DNA from: Craspedostauros australis
Taxonomy: Eukaryota
DNA length: 20,000 nt
Direction of reading: 5' to 3'
NCBI GenBank assembly: GCA_030167865.1
Contig: JALAGF010004012.1
Location: forward strand, 47,517-67,516
Positions within the stretch are counted from its first letter, which is position 1; each line of letters starts with the position of its first letter. Of the stretch, positions 1 through 9,743 are shown one piece after another. The position numbers and the translations under genes were made by a program. Below the pieces are notes generated by a model. The model did not search any database, was not told the DNA's origin, and saw only the letters and a list, made by a program, of their open reading frames with translations.

Positions 1-576
1 GCCAGATCCAGGTGGCTCAAGTCCAAGTGGGACAGCATCATGGTGGATCCTGAACCGTAGCTTGCTTACGAGTACGTGCCACTAGTTGTACCGCAAGTAC
101 TCGTGGTCTGCGGGGCGATGGGGCTCGGTGCGATGAATGTTGAGTTCCGCAGGCAGCAACGATGGAGGTTTTGCAGTTCATCCCACTCCACTTCATCGCA
201 CATCAGCATAGAGCACCGAGGCAGGTGCTTACCCATACGCATGTTCATTTTTCACATCACACTCCTATTTCCTGTCATATTACACCCCTCTCTACCATAC
301 CTGCATGCTGGAGGGGTACAACGTACACGTTCGTGCGTTCATTCCTACCTACGCACTCATCCATTGTAATATTATAGAATACTCTACGACATGACAACTA
401 TAGAACAATACACGAGTATTGCACTCTCTTAGCTCGTACTCCACTCAGTTGCATTCTTCGAGAACATCGCTTGCGTTGCGGAATAGGAAGGATTGAGCAC
501 GAGGAGAGCGTTGGCTTACTTGATGCGTTAAACTATTCTATGATGACACATGTACAAACATCATGTGCAGCGCTGC

Positions 577-2655
577 CTACCGCCTTCGTCCTCTGCGACC
601 TGCTTCGGGCTTGCCACCGCTGTTGCCACCGCGTCTGCCCGGACGACCACGGTTGCTGTTGCTGTTGCCTCTGGGCTTGCCACGCTGGATCTTGCCACCC
701 GAGATGCCGCCCGGTCCGTAATCCGACTTGCGCGATGACAGACCGTCCAAGGGATCGCCCCTCTGGATGGCATTCTCGATGGCAATGGCCAGGACCTTGT
801 CGCGCTTGGCCACCAACGCCGTGACCTTGCCCTGCCCCGTCTTGCCACGCGCCGTGCGGCCGCTGCGATGCAGGTAGTCCAGGGGATTGAGGGGGAAGTC
901 GAACATGATGACGTGATCGACCTGCGGGATGTCCAGCCCACGCGCGGCGAGGTCCGTGCAGACGAGGATGCTCTCCTTGGGCTGGCCGCGGAACTTCTGC
1001 AGGTTCTCGTTGCGCGCGATGGAGTTGAGCTCGCCGTGATAGGCGTACATGGTGCTCTCGTCGATGCGCGCTTCGCCCAGCGCGTACTGGACGGCGCGGA
1101 CGGAGGCTGCCGTGTTGCAGAAGATGATGGTGGCGCCGCTGCTGTTGTCCTCGTCATCGACGTTTCGATTTCTGCGCTGCGTGTTGCTGACGACCGTGTC
1201 CACGAGGAGGGAGATCTTGTCCGTGCTGCCGACGTCGACGAAGATGTGCTCCATGCGCGGGACGGTCTTGTGCAGACCGGGAGCGGAGAGGATGGTGAAC
1301 TTGGGAAGGATGAGCTTGGCGGCCGCCTGCGGGTCCTTGGCGTAGTTCTTGCGCGCCGAGATGGCGAGGGAGGATCGCTTGGGGTTGTCGCCGATGAGAC
1401 GCTGCACGGCCTGCGTCATGGTGGCGGAAGTGCAGATGAGGCTGGGCGCGTCGGGCTTGAGCCTGAGGTCCCCGTCGTCGCCCGTGGTCTTGGGCGCGCG
1501 TTCGGCGCCGTTGACGTAGAGGAGGGGGTAGAGGAGCTGGCGCAGCTCGCGCGTGAAGCCCTGCTCCAGCATGGTGTCCATCTCATCGACGATGACGGTG
1601 TCGACGGCTCCCAGGAAGAGGGTCTGCGACTGCTTCCACTGCTGCAGGAGGCGTCCAGGCGTGGCGACGACGATGTCCACCGGACGCTGCTTCATGGCGC
1701 GCTTCTGCTTGCCACGGTCCTCCCCGCCCACGATGGACTGGCTGGATACCTTGACGGTGTGCGAGAGCTGCTTGAGGACCGTGGATATCTGGTGGACGAG
1801 CTCCCTGGTGGGCGCGAGGATGAGGACGCGGGGACGGCGCGGAAGACGCTCGTAGTTCTCGAAGACCTCCTGGTGCTTGATGCGCTGGATGGCCGGGAGG
1901 AGGTACGCGAGGGTCTTGCCGGATCCCGTGGCCGCCAGGAAGGCCGTGTTCTTGTCGGCTGCTATTCCGTCTGCGGTTGCTGCTGATTCGGGGCGAGGCG
2001 TGACGGACGCGAGGAGCCGAGGGATGACCATGGACTGGATCTTGGTGGGCGCCTCGAGACGCAGATCGTTCTCCAACACCTCCACGAGCTCCGTCCAGAG
2101 TCCCAGCCGATTCCATGAGTTGTCCGCCTGATCCGACTGCCCCGTGGAGCTGTCATCCGGAGAGTTGCGCGGCATGCGGACTGGCGCCCTGGACTTGGAT
2201 GCTGCGGATTGATCCGAGATGCCAGGGATGGAGGACATGGCAAGCCTGGTTGTGCGATGCTGAAGTTGTTGTTGTTGATGACGGTGTTGATGGTTGGAGA
2301 GCGTCGTTATGGATAGCTTAGATGATGTGAATGATGTGGCTGCCACGAAGGCAAGCGGCGAGCTCGTGCTGGATCTGCGGATGCTGCGATCCGAGTACTG
2401 AAACGCAGCTGATATCACCCGTGGTGATCTGGTGGCGGTGGCTGCCGCCATGGATGCCCGCTTGGCAGCCACGGAAGTGGAAGAGAGAGCGATTGCGAGC
2501 GACATGGTGACGAGTGCTGCTCTGAAAGCAGTGTGATTGCGGTTGCAACTTCGACAGTGACTGCGACTGCGTGCCGCTGATGTTCCAGCCAGTGTTGATG
2601 ATTGCGATTGTGGCTGAGACTTTGAATGCAGATGCCCTGCGGCGGAGGCCTTCAT
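577..2655 (-). CDS. RH39: DEAD-box ATP-dependent RNA helicase, RH39-like (plastid-type); intronless; start uncertain (ATG 2655 or 2505; ORF is open to 3030)
   Basis: All helicase motifs are present: Q motif (WNRLGL..PTKIQ), I ATGSGKT, Ia PTREL, GG, Ib TPGRL, II DEMD (1576-1587), III SAT, IV IIFCNT, V TDLAARGLD, VI HRSGRTAR. Segments PRRPRVLILAPTREL, ATMTQAVQRL, YHGEL and VDHVIMFDFPLNPLDYLHRSGRTAR..GKVTALV closely resemble plant RH39 as I recall it. It ends in an RG-rich tail, with stop TAG at 577-579. Confidence 0.92.
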   Translation of the reverse strand: MKASAAGHLHSKSQPQSQSSTLAGTSAARSRSHCRSCNRNHTAFRAALVTMSLAIALSSTSVAAKRASMAAATATRSPRVISAAFQYSDRSIRRSSTSSPLAFVAATSFTSSKLSITTLSNHQHRHQQQQLQHRTTRLAMSSIPGISDQSAASKSRAPVRMPRNSPDDSSTGQSDQADNSWNRLGLWTELVEVLENDLRLEAPTKIQSMVIPRLLASVTPRPESAATADGIAADKNTAFLAATGSGKTLAYLLPAIQRIKHQEVFENYERLPRRPRVLILAPTRELVHQISTVLKQLSHTVKVSSQSIVGGEDRGKQKRAMKQRPVDIVVATPGRLLQQWKQSQTLFLGAVDTVIVDEMDTMLEQGFTRELRQLLYPLLYVNGAERAPKTTGDDGDLRLKPDAPSLICTSATMTQAVQRLIGDNPKRSSLAISARKNYAKDPQAAAKLILPKFTILSAPGLHKTVPRMEHIFVDVGSTDKISLLVDTVVSNTQRRNRNVDDEDNSSGATIIFCNTAASVRAVQYALGEARIDESTMYAYHGELNSIARNENLQKFRGQPKESILVCTDLAARGLDIPQVDHVIMFDFPLNPLDYLHRSGRTARGKTGQGKVTALVAKRDKVLAIAIENAIQRGDPLDGLSSRKSDYGPGGISGGKIQRGKPRGNSNSNRGRPGRRGGNSGGKPEAGRRGRRR

Positions 2656-3773
2656 CGTTGTCGCTATGCTCTGATCGTTTTGGGCAACAAGTGAGAGACG
2701 CGGAGTGGAATATACTCGTGGTTGTGATGTCCCAACTTCTATTGCACGATGATGTATCTCAATGCACCCAGCTGCACAATGGAGCTCTGCTCTTGATCGA
2801 ACCTTTGCCAAGGTCGTCGGAATGGCAACAGAGAAAGACGAAGTGCAGCTCAGCAGCGATGTCGAAGGCAACAATGTCGATGTTGATGATGTTGTTGATG
2901 TTGTTGATGGGTTCCTTCTTCTGTTCCTCTTCGAGATGTTTCGGTTTCTGTTTGGAATTTGTGGTGTTTTTCGTTTGGATGTGGATGATTGGTATCTAAA
3001 CGTACACATGACGTACTGTATGCATGTCATCCATTATTGATTCCATCGACCACAGTTGTGAAGTCGAGCGACCCACTCGTCAGGCGCGAAACGCGAGCGT
3101 GAGTACCTCGCAAGGGCTTAGATGAACAGCGGAAGAAATGAACGCGGAGTGTCTTTGTGGTCTGTTGAGCTCGAAATGGCGTTGCTTTGCCTTTGGGAGG
3201 AGAAACGCGGTTGATGAAGAAGGGGTGGCGATGTGACTGAACTGTCGCTGGGTGACACGTATTTATGTTCCAATTGATATTGAGTGCATGTCGGAGTGAC
3301 AGGGAATTTGCCGCGCCTGTCACGCAAGAAATGAACGGAAGAGTCGCGAATCGCGAAAGAACGAATGGTGGCGGGATCAGACAAAGCGCGAGAGTTTGCG
3401 CGCCACGATGACGATGATGCGGAAACGACGGCGATGGTGGCAGCGCGGAGACGATGCGAATTCAAAAAGAATCAACGATGTGCACAATGGCAGCAAAGTC
3501 AACTTGGCACTGTGCTATACATCGTCTGTTTGAAGCACCACAGGAGCGTCCTCCCGGAACATCACAAGCCCTCCACATCTCAAGCCGAAGCGACAACAAA
3601 GACGACGGAGGAACAAGAAACAGCGGTTGGTCGAGTGCGGTCTGTAATACGACATCCAGAAATAGTGGAAACAGCGGAAAGCCCCATCGCATCCAAGTTG
3701 CTATACTACTAAGAGTGTTCGTCTGTGTGGACATCGTCAGTGTTGGTAGTCGGGCAAACTGCATGCCAGCAAG

Positions 3774-3813
3774 AACAACAACAACAACGACGACGACGAC
3801 GACGACAACAACA
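3774..3813. repeat. Compound trinucleotide microsatellite (ACA)n(ACG)n(ACA)n
   Basis: The run acaacaacaacaacgacgacgacgacgacgacaacaaca is directly visible. Confidence 0.9.
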
Positions 3814-3965
3814 AGAGAGGCAGCGGAAGATCAGCTGAGAAGGCCGGCAGGAAAGTCGGTCGGAGTGTCAAGATTGATCGGTCGAAGGCCGTAATCGTTC
3901 CAAATAGCCCATCCCGATACATACCGATACGATCGTCCGGGCCATTGCGATCGTCCAACTATAGC

Positions 3966-3996
3966 ACGATCTTGGGAACGATCTTGAGAACGATCT
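3966..3996. repeat. Short tandem repeat, 12-bp unit ACGATCTTGRGA, about 2.5 copies
   Basis: acgatcttggga-acgatcttgaga-acgatct; CGATCGTCC also occurs twice just upstream (~3930 and ~3948). Confidence 0.75.
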
Positions 3997-4286
3997 ATTC
4001 TACTATACTCCATTCGCGCACTCGCCTTCAAAAGCAGACGCCAACACAAACGCAGATACGAGATACTCCAGTGCAACAAGAGTGGAATACGCGCAGTTGG
4101 TGTCGATCCCCACTAACCAGTTGGCAAGCACATTCACGAGAAGGCGCACACAAAAACAGCATCAGCCACAACTGCAACTGCAATTGCAACAATCGACCGA
4201 CAGAACAACCAAGCCACAAAGCTACAGAGCAATAGAGCAATAGATCCATGCCGCTCATCATGCCACCCATCTGCTCCGATTCCACC

Positions 4287-7200
4287 ATGAGCACAAGCAA
4301 CAACAGGCCGCCTCATTCGCCTCACTCACCGCAATCACCGCAATCGCTACATGCAGCTTCGGATCATGTGCTCACGTCTCCCATCCAGCAGATGCGGGCC
4401 AAGCTCAAGAAGAAGGCGGCCAGCCGTGAGGAGATCGAGGCAGAGAAGCGCAAGCAGCAGCAGAACCTCACAAGGCAGAGGCAGAATGTGGCCAAGCTGG
4501 ATCTGGAGCGGAGGCAGGCAACCCTCATCCAGGCCGTGGTCAGGCGGTTCCTCACCAGGCTGCGTGTTGCCAAGCAATTCCCAAAGATGCAGTTCAAGTA
4601 CCGCAAGCAGAACAAGGAGAGGCTGCGTCTCAAGAAGCAGCAGCAGCAGGATACGGCCCTGCGCCAATCTTCCCATCACAACAACCAAAGCGATGCCACG
4701 TCGCTCTCATCTTCGGCGCACAACGCGGGATCGTCACACGTTCCCAACACGCCCAACGCCTCTTCCAAACCAGAGGTCGTTTCCATCTACAAATCGAAGC
4801 CGTACGGCATGGACGACGACAGCGAACACATCATCAAAAGTCCATTCCTCATGATGCGACGCAAGCTCAAGAAGAACAATATGCCACTCCTTCCATCCGA
4901 CAACGCTGTCAATGACGCAGATGACGATGACGCTCGTCGAGAATCCGATGCCTACGCAGCGCAGAAGAGACGTCAGAAGACGGCCTACGAATCGCGTTTG
5001 CAGGCGGCGCGCATGGATCTAGAGCGTCGCAAGGCAACCGTCATACAATCCCTCGTGCGTTCTTTCCTCGTGCGCAAGTCATGTGGCTTTCGATTCAACA
5101 ACACCGCGTCGTCTTCGGCAGCGACAGAGGCAACGCGCGAACCAGAAGATCGTCCAGGAGAATATTCCTACACGGCGCAGCTCAAGGACGAGCCGGACCA
5201 CGTCAAATCGCCAACATTCAGAACCAAATCAAAACCCTACAGAACGTCCGCGGCAAAGCATGCTCCCTCGAGCTATTCGCAATCACCGTACAGCTACACC
5301 ACGACGCCGACTCGCGGGCCCTCCAGAAAGCTCAACGTTCAGCACTTTAACGCTTCCGCTGCCTCCTCCACCGCATCAACGCCGTCCTACATCACCCAAT
5401 CGGCACCGACGCGCTTCAAGAAGTCGGTCGCCTCCAAGTTCGGTCCCCTTCTCAACAGCTCCAAACAGAATGATGGCAATGGCGACGACGAGGAACGCAG
5501 CAAAAGTCCCTACCTGGCCATGAAGCGAAGGCTCAGATCGTCGAAGCAATTACCCATGATTCCATCCACGGATAATGACAGCAACAACGATGACAACGGC
5601 AAAGACATGCGACAGACACCATCCCACCTCCTCTCACCATCGGAGGGATATCAGCGGCGCAAGACGATGCAGAAAACAGCATACCAGCAGCGTTTGGATG
5701 CAGCCAGGCATGATTTGGAACGGCGTGAGATCACCAAACTGCAATCCATCGCGCGCATGTTCCTCGTCCGCAACAAAAAACACCATCTACCACAACGGAA
5801 GGACGACCACAAACGGGGCACTCATGGCACGTACAACAAGAACAGAGTTCTGGACTACAATTCCACCCACACCACTTCGTCCTACGCCAGCTCCGCGCAG
5901 TATGCCACGCCCATAGTCACACCGCAGCAGGTCGACGACCGCCGCGTCTCGCCCAAGATCACACCGTCTGGCCGTTTCCCAAATGCCATCGGCGCCTTGC
6001 CTTTCGCCACTTCGCCCACAGCCGAATCCAATGGTGGCGAACACAACACCAAACCCAAATATCGCTTCCGATCCAATGCCAATACTACTGGGGGCAGCAG
6101 CGCAAGCTCATCTGCTCAGAACAGCCCGGTCTCGTCATCTTCCGCGCAGAATCGACACAATCTCAGACCCACCATGAACCATTCCCTCTCGCCCATCAGC
6201 AAGACTCCGGGTGGATACGTGCCGCCCGAACAACGTCGCACCACCTACGATTCCAGATTGGAGGCTGCCCGTCGCGACAACGAGCGTCGCGAGGCAACCA
6301 AGATACAATCCATCGTGCGCATGTTCCTCTCCAGGAAGAGGCACAACCCAAAATCCTTCCTCAGATCTGCAAAGCTCAAGAAGACGAGATCCTCCTCGTC
6401 CATTCCTACGAACACGCTGCGCAAAGGCAATCTATCGAACAATCGTGATTTCGATGGCAATGGGAAGCACGACGAAAGTGAAAATGTGGAAGACGATGAT
6501 GGCGAGATGACGTTGGCAGATATTGCCACGGTCATGAGAGACAGCAAGAAGCAATCCAGCCAGCACTTCGGACATTCCTCCGCATCCAGCTTCTTCGACA
6601 GCAACAGAGATGTGGACTTTGGGGATGACGCAGACGGCGATGACAAGGTCTCGAGGTTCGGAACCGTCAGCTCTGCCAAAAAGATCGCCAGCAGAAACGC
6701 TGACCAGACCAAACCGAAAACCTCAAAGCCAGTCAGAAGCAGCATCGTTCAGTCGCGAATGAAGAATATCCACAAGACGGCCTGGCAGACGAAGCAGCAG
6801 CAGAAGGCGGAGAAGGAGAAGGAGCTGGCATCCGCTACGACGATGAGCCTGCAAGATCGCATGAAGCATCTCAACACGAAGTCCATCTCCAAACGCCGCT
6901 CCAGTGTCGGTAGCAACCACAGTAAGACGGACTCGGCAGCATCCACATCGAAGTCAGCCGTCAAGCCGGCAGCCACCAGTAAGCCACGGCGCGTGGGACC
7001 GTATTCCAGAAGGAACATGAAAGATAAGGCACAGCCAGCACGGGCGATCCCATCGCCAAAACCAGCAGACGATGCGGAGATGACACGAAGCCGACTGAAG
7101 ACGAAGATGTGGAAGCTGAAGTTGCAAATGAAGTTGCTGCAGAACGAAATCGACGAGGTGAACACGACGGCGCCCACGTCGTCCGCGGCGCTGCAACGAC

Positions 7201-7466
7201 AGCAGCAAAAGCATAAGGAACGCCGATCCAACATGACGCTGTCCACGGAAGCGATGAAGAAGACCAAGATGAAGCGAACCAGCATATCGCCCAGAAGGCG
7301 CAGAGCACGGCCCACTGTCAATGCCGCAACCTTGAAGCAAAATTATACCGCGAAGCAGGAAGCGGGAGCAATTCGGCTACAAGCCTTCGTCCGCGGTTGC
7401 CTTTGCCGCGACCGTGTGAACGTTCTTCTCACCCAAATCTTAAGCGAGCTGAAGCAGCACACGTGA
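4287..7466 (+). CDS. Large, mostly disordered IQ-motif (calmodulin-binding) repeat protein, ~1059 aa, with five IQ motifs and a C-terminal coiled coil
   Basis: Uninterrupted 1072-codon ORF from 4248; ATG 4287 has the better context (TCCACC ATG). IQ motifs: IQAVVRRFLTR (4527), IQSLVRSFLVR (5043), LQSIARMFLVR (5739), IQSIVRMFLSR (6303), LQAFVRGCLCR (7377). Coiled-coil-like segment LKTKMWKLKLQMKLLQNEIDEV. Confidence 0.88.
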   Translation: MSTSNNRPPHSPHSPQSPQSLHAASDHVLTSPIQQMRAKLKKKAASREEIEAEKRKQQQNLTRQRQNVAKLDLERRQATLIQAVVRRFLTRLRVAKQFPKMQFKYRKQNKERLRLKKQQQQDTALRQSSHHNNQSDATSLSSSAHNAGSSHVPNTPNASSKPEVVSIYKSKPYGMDDDSEHIIKSPFLMMRRKLKKNNMPLLPSDNAVNDADDDDARRESDAYAAQKRRQKTAYESRLQAARMDLERRKATVIQSLVRSFLVRKSCGFRFNNTASSSAATEATREPEDRPGEYSYTAQLKDEPDHVKSPTFRTKSKPYRTSAAKHAPSSYSQSPYSYTTTPTRGPSRKLNVQHFNASAASSTASTPSYITQSAPTRFKKSVASKFGPLLNSSKQNDGNGDDEERSKSPYLAMKRRLRSSKQLPMIPSTDNDSNNDDNGKDMRQTPSHLLSPSEGYQRRKTMQKTAYQQRLDAARHDLERREITKLQSIARMFLVRNKKHHLPQRKDDHKRGTHGTYNKNRVLDYNSTHTTSSYASSAQYATPIVTPQQVDDRRVSPKITPSGRFPNAIGALPFATSPTAESNGGEHNTKPKYRFRSNANTTGGSSASSSAQNSPVSSSSAQNRHNLRPTMNHSLSPISKTPGGYVPPEQRRTTYDSRLEAARRDNERREATKIQSIVRMFLSRKRHNPKSFLRSAKLKKTRSSSSIPTNTLRKGNLSNNRDFDGNGKHDESENVEDDDGEMTLADIATVMRDSKKQSSQHFGHSSASSFFDSNRDVDFGDDADGDDKVSRFGTVSSAKKIASRNADQTKPKTSKPVRSSIVQSRMKNIHKTAWQTKQQQKAEKEKELASATTMSLQDRMKHLNTKSISKRRSSVGSNHSKTDSAASTSKSAVKPAATSKPRRVGPYSRRNMKDKAQPARAIPSPKPADDAEMTRSRLKTKMWKLKLQMKLLQNEIDEVNTTAPTSSAALQRQQQKHKERRSNMTLSTEAMKKTKMKRTSISPRRRRARPTVNAATLKQNYTAKQEAGAIRLQAFVRGCLCRDRVNVLLTQILSELKQHT

Positions 7467-7700
7467 GACTGCCATCCATTGCAACCTGAGCACCACAGTG
7501 CCACATTAAAAAAGTATCTCTCCATACTTGCGGGTATGTAGTATAATATTTGTGTTACATTTTCAAGACGATACAGTGCAGTGCATCCAAGTTCTGCATA
7601 AATTATACGTTCAAAATCCTTCATGCCCTCCCCAAAACATCGGGAAAAGTTGAGAAAGCTGTCGCCGGCTGTCAACGTCAGCTGCGCTCGATGACAATCT

Positions 7701-9098
7701 TCAAAATGGCCAAGCGCAGGCGCTGCCATCATCACTGGTCTGTGGGACATTGGCAACGTCCAGCTCCCACCCATTCACATGCTCCCTCAAGAACAGATCG
7801 ATGTCTGGGATGAACGAACTCGAATCCGATGGCATTACGTCCGATATCTCATGCCCCGCGTCTCCTATGATGACAGTTTTCGTCATCCATCTCATGACAT
7901 TGCGCGTGCACTCCAGCGGTACATTCTTGTCACGTGATGCCAATATGAGGAGGGTAGGGATCTTTGTCGATGGTCCTGTTTCTCTTGTCGCTTCATCATC
8001 GCTCGTGTTGACATCGCTGCTGCTATCATTCTTCCAGCACTCTGCCAAGTCTTGCCCAGCTATCTCCATCACCTCATTTGTTTCCCAGTACTGCATCTGG
8101 GTATCCAGAATGTATTGTGCAGTCTGCGGTGGATGTCGCAGACCGTCGTATATGTCTTTCCTATCCGATGCCCCGGGGGAACCTGCTATGCAATGCTGCA
8201 AATACACAGCACGAGATTGGGGATGCGAGACGGGACACAACGGGATGCAAAAGTCAATCCCATGCCCTGGCTTTGGTTTGGCGCCTGCATCAGCATCTGC
8301 ATCTGTACATGCCAACTGTCGCATGACTTCCAACGCGAAGTAGCCGCCGCTGCTGCTGCCCATAACGCCAAATGGTACGCTGGCAGTAGTCGACAGCGTT
8401 TGACTGAACGCGGCCAAGGATTTGAGATCTTGCAGTGTCTTTCCAGTCTCGTGCGTCGTTACCGAACCGTCCCGGAAGGTTGCCGTGACCACGGTCATTC
8501 GCAGCTGTTTCACCAATGCTCGGGTGATGGTCTCGTGGCTGTCGTAATCGCCCTGGCTGAACATCCAGCCATGGATGAAGAACACGACAGCAGATGCTTG
8601 CGTTGGCTTCGTTGTGCGGACGTCGAGCGGTGACCATATCTTGATCGGAATGCCGTGTCCATCCTCCTGACTTTCGACTGTCGACATCTCTGTATGCACG
8701 GATGTGGTCAATGCTATCCGCTGGAATGACTCGGTTGGTCGTCTGCTACCTCCATCGCTCTGTTGCGTGTCGCTACATCTGCTTCCCGATGCTCCCATGC
8801 TGTCTGCGTGACACCGACCAACTGATGAAGCAAGCTGGTGATGATGACCAAGTCTGTGGCCGTAGCTTTGGCCGTGGCTGTGGCAGTGGTAGTTGTTGTT
8901 GTTGTTGTAGCTGCGCCCGAACCTACGTCCGCAATAATATGGCTGCGACGTGGAAGACCGAGCACGCACGAGCAGCACCGACGAATCTGTGATAAATGAG
9001 GCTCTGGCAGTGCTCTGCGATTTAAACGCAATGAGCGCAAACGAGGAAAGCAGCACTGACCAATGACGCTTCAGCCGTCTTTGCAACCGATTCACCAT
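7701..9098 (-). CDS. Alpha/beta-hydrolase fold esterase/lipase (HSL/abhydrolase_3-like); start uncertain (ATG 9098 chosen)
   Basis: FFIHGWMF oxyanion loop, GSSSGG nucleophile elbow (Ser at 8352-8354), LILASRDKNVP (Asp) and GDAGHEI (His) occur in the canonical order. The N-terminus MVNRL..SVLLSSFALIAF..ARASF looks like a signal/transit peptide. Stop TGA at 7701-7703. Confidence 0.82.
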   Translation of the reverse strand: MVNRLQRRLKRHWSVLLSSFALIAFKSQSTARASFITDSSVLLVRARSSTSQPYYCGRRFGRSYNNNNNYHCHSHGQSYGHRLGHHHQLASSVGRCHADSMGASGSRCSDTQQSDGGSRRPTESFQRIALTTSVHTEMSTVESQEDGHGIPIKIWSPLDVRTTKPTQASAVVFFIHGWMFSQGDYDSHETITRALVKQLRMTVVTATFRDGSVTTHETGKTLQDLKSLAAFSQTLSTTASVPFGVMGSSSGGYFALEVMRQLACTDADADAGAKPKPGHGIDFCIPLCPVSHPQSRAVYLQHCIAGSPGASDRKDIYDGLRHPPQTAQYILDTQMQYWETNEVMEIAGQDLAECWKNDSSSDVNTSDDEATRETGPSTKIPTLLILASRDKNVPLECTRNVMRWMTKTVIIGDAGHEISDVMPSDSSSFIPDIDLFLREHVNGWELDVANVPQTSDDGSACAWPF

Positions 9099-9743
9099 CA
9101 GCGTCAACACCTGCAGCAGTGCGACCCTCGTATGGTACCATACGATAGAATAGGGTTGGTAGAGTCTGATACATGTAGACGTCTCGTGGGTGTTGTGGGC
9201 ACCTCCTCGTTGATGTCCTGTGGTGGGTGTGATCATCATCGCCGCCACCCCCTTCTCTGCCAGTGTTGGGCAACATCCGAACGAGAGTGTTCGCATTCTC
9301 GTGATTGCTCGTGACCCACGTTGCAACCAGTCATGAGTTGGTGTCAAATACAAGAGAACATGTTGAAGACAAGCTATCTGATCGCAACTAGAAATGTTAA
9401 CAACTCCATTGGAGCGCCAACCAGAGTTTCAGCCATCCGCCCGCAAAAGTAGAGTCCTCACGCTCTCAGGATTGTGCTGGTACCCTTGGTTGAATACGAC
9501 TAATCCTCGTTTGGGGCAGGATGTTTTGTGTAGTTGGTATGGGTATGGTACGATTATTTGTTTGCTAATGTTCTACACGTATTATGCGATCTTCGTTCTA
9601 CGGTTTCATTCCATTGATGCGTTTACGGTGAGCAGTACTGACATCGAAGGTGCTCGAATTTACGAGGGATGGATGTGATGAGCTGAGACCTTGAGAATGA
9701 CATTGGGCGATGCAGGCTTGGACTGGTGTTGTGTTGCCTTTCT

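Noticed and set aside
1-60. Possible gene fragment at the window edge (plus ARSRWLKSKWDSIMVDPEP*, or minus start MMLSHLDLSHLDL at 41)
   Set aside because: Too short to choose a strand or confirm coding.
868-1986. 372-aa plus-strand ORF antisense to the helicase
   Set aside because: Shadow ORF caused by high GC3 of the real gene; V/D/G/L-rich with no recognisable motifs.
2656-3030. N-terminal 125 aa of the 817-aa ORF
   Set aside because: Low-complexity ACA/TCA repeat-derived sequence typical of a 5' UTR; probably not translated.
3365-4235. Several 70-146-aa ORFs in the divergent intergenic region
   Set aside because: No motifs, overlapping on both strands, and partly microsatellite-derived (poly-Thr).
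6245-8633. Antisense ORFs over the IQ protein and the hydrolase (e.g. 6749..7321, 7750..8343)
   Set aside because: Shadow ORFs of genes with clear motifs on the opposite strand.
9099-9353. Upstream extension of the hydrolase ORF from a non-ATG start
   Set aside because: The TTG start is a prokaryote-style call; the sequence is eukaryotic and the extension looks non-coding.
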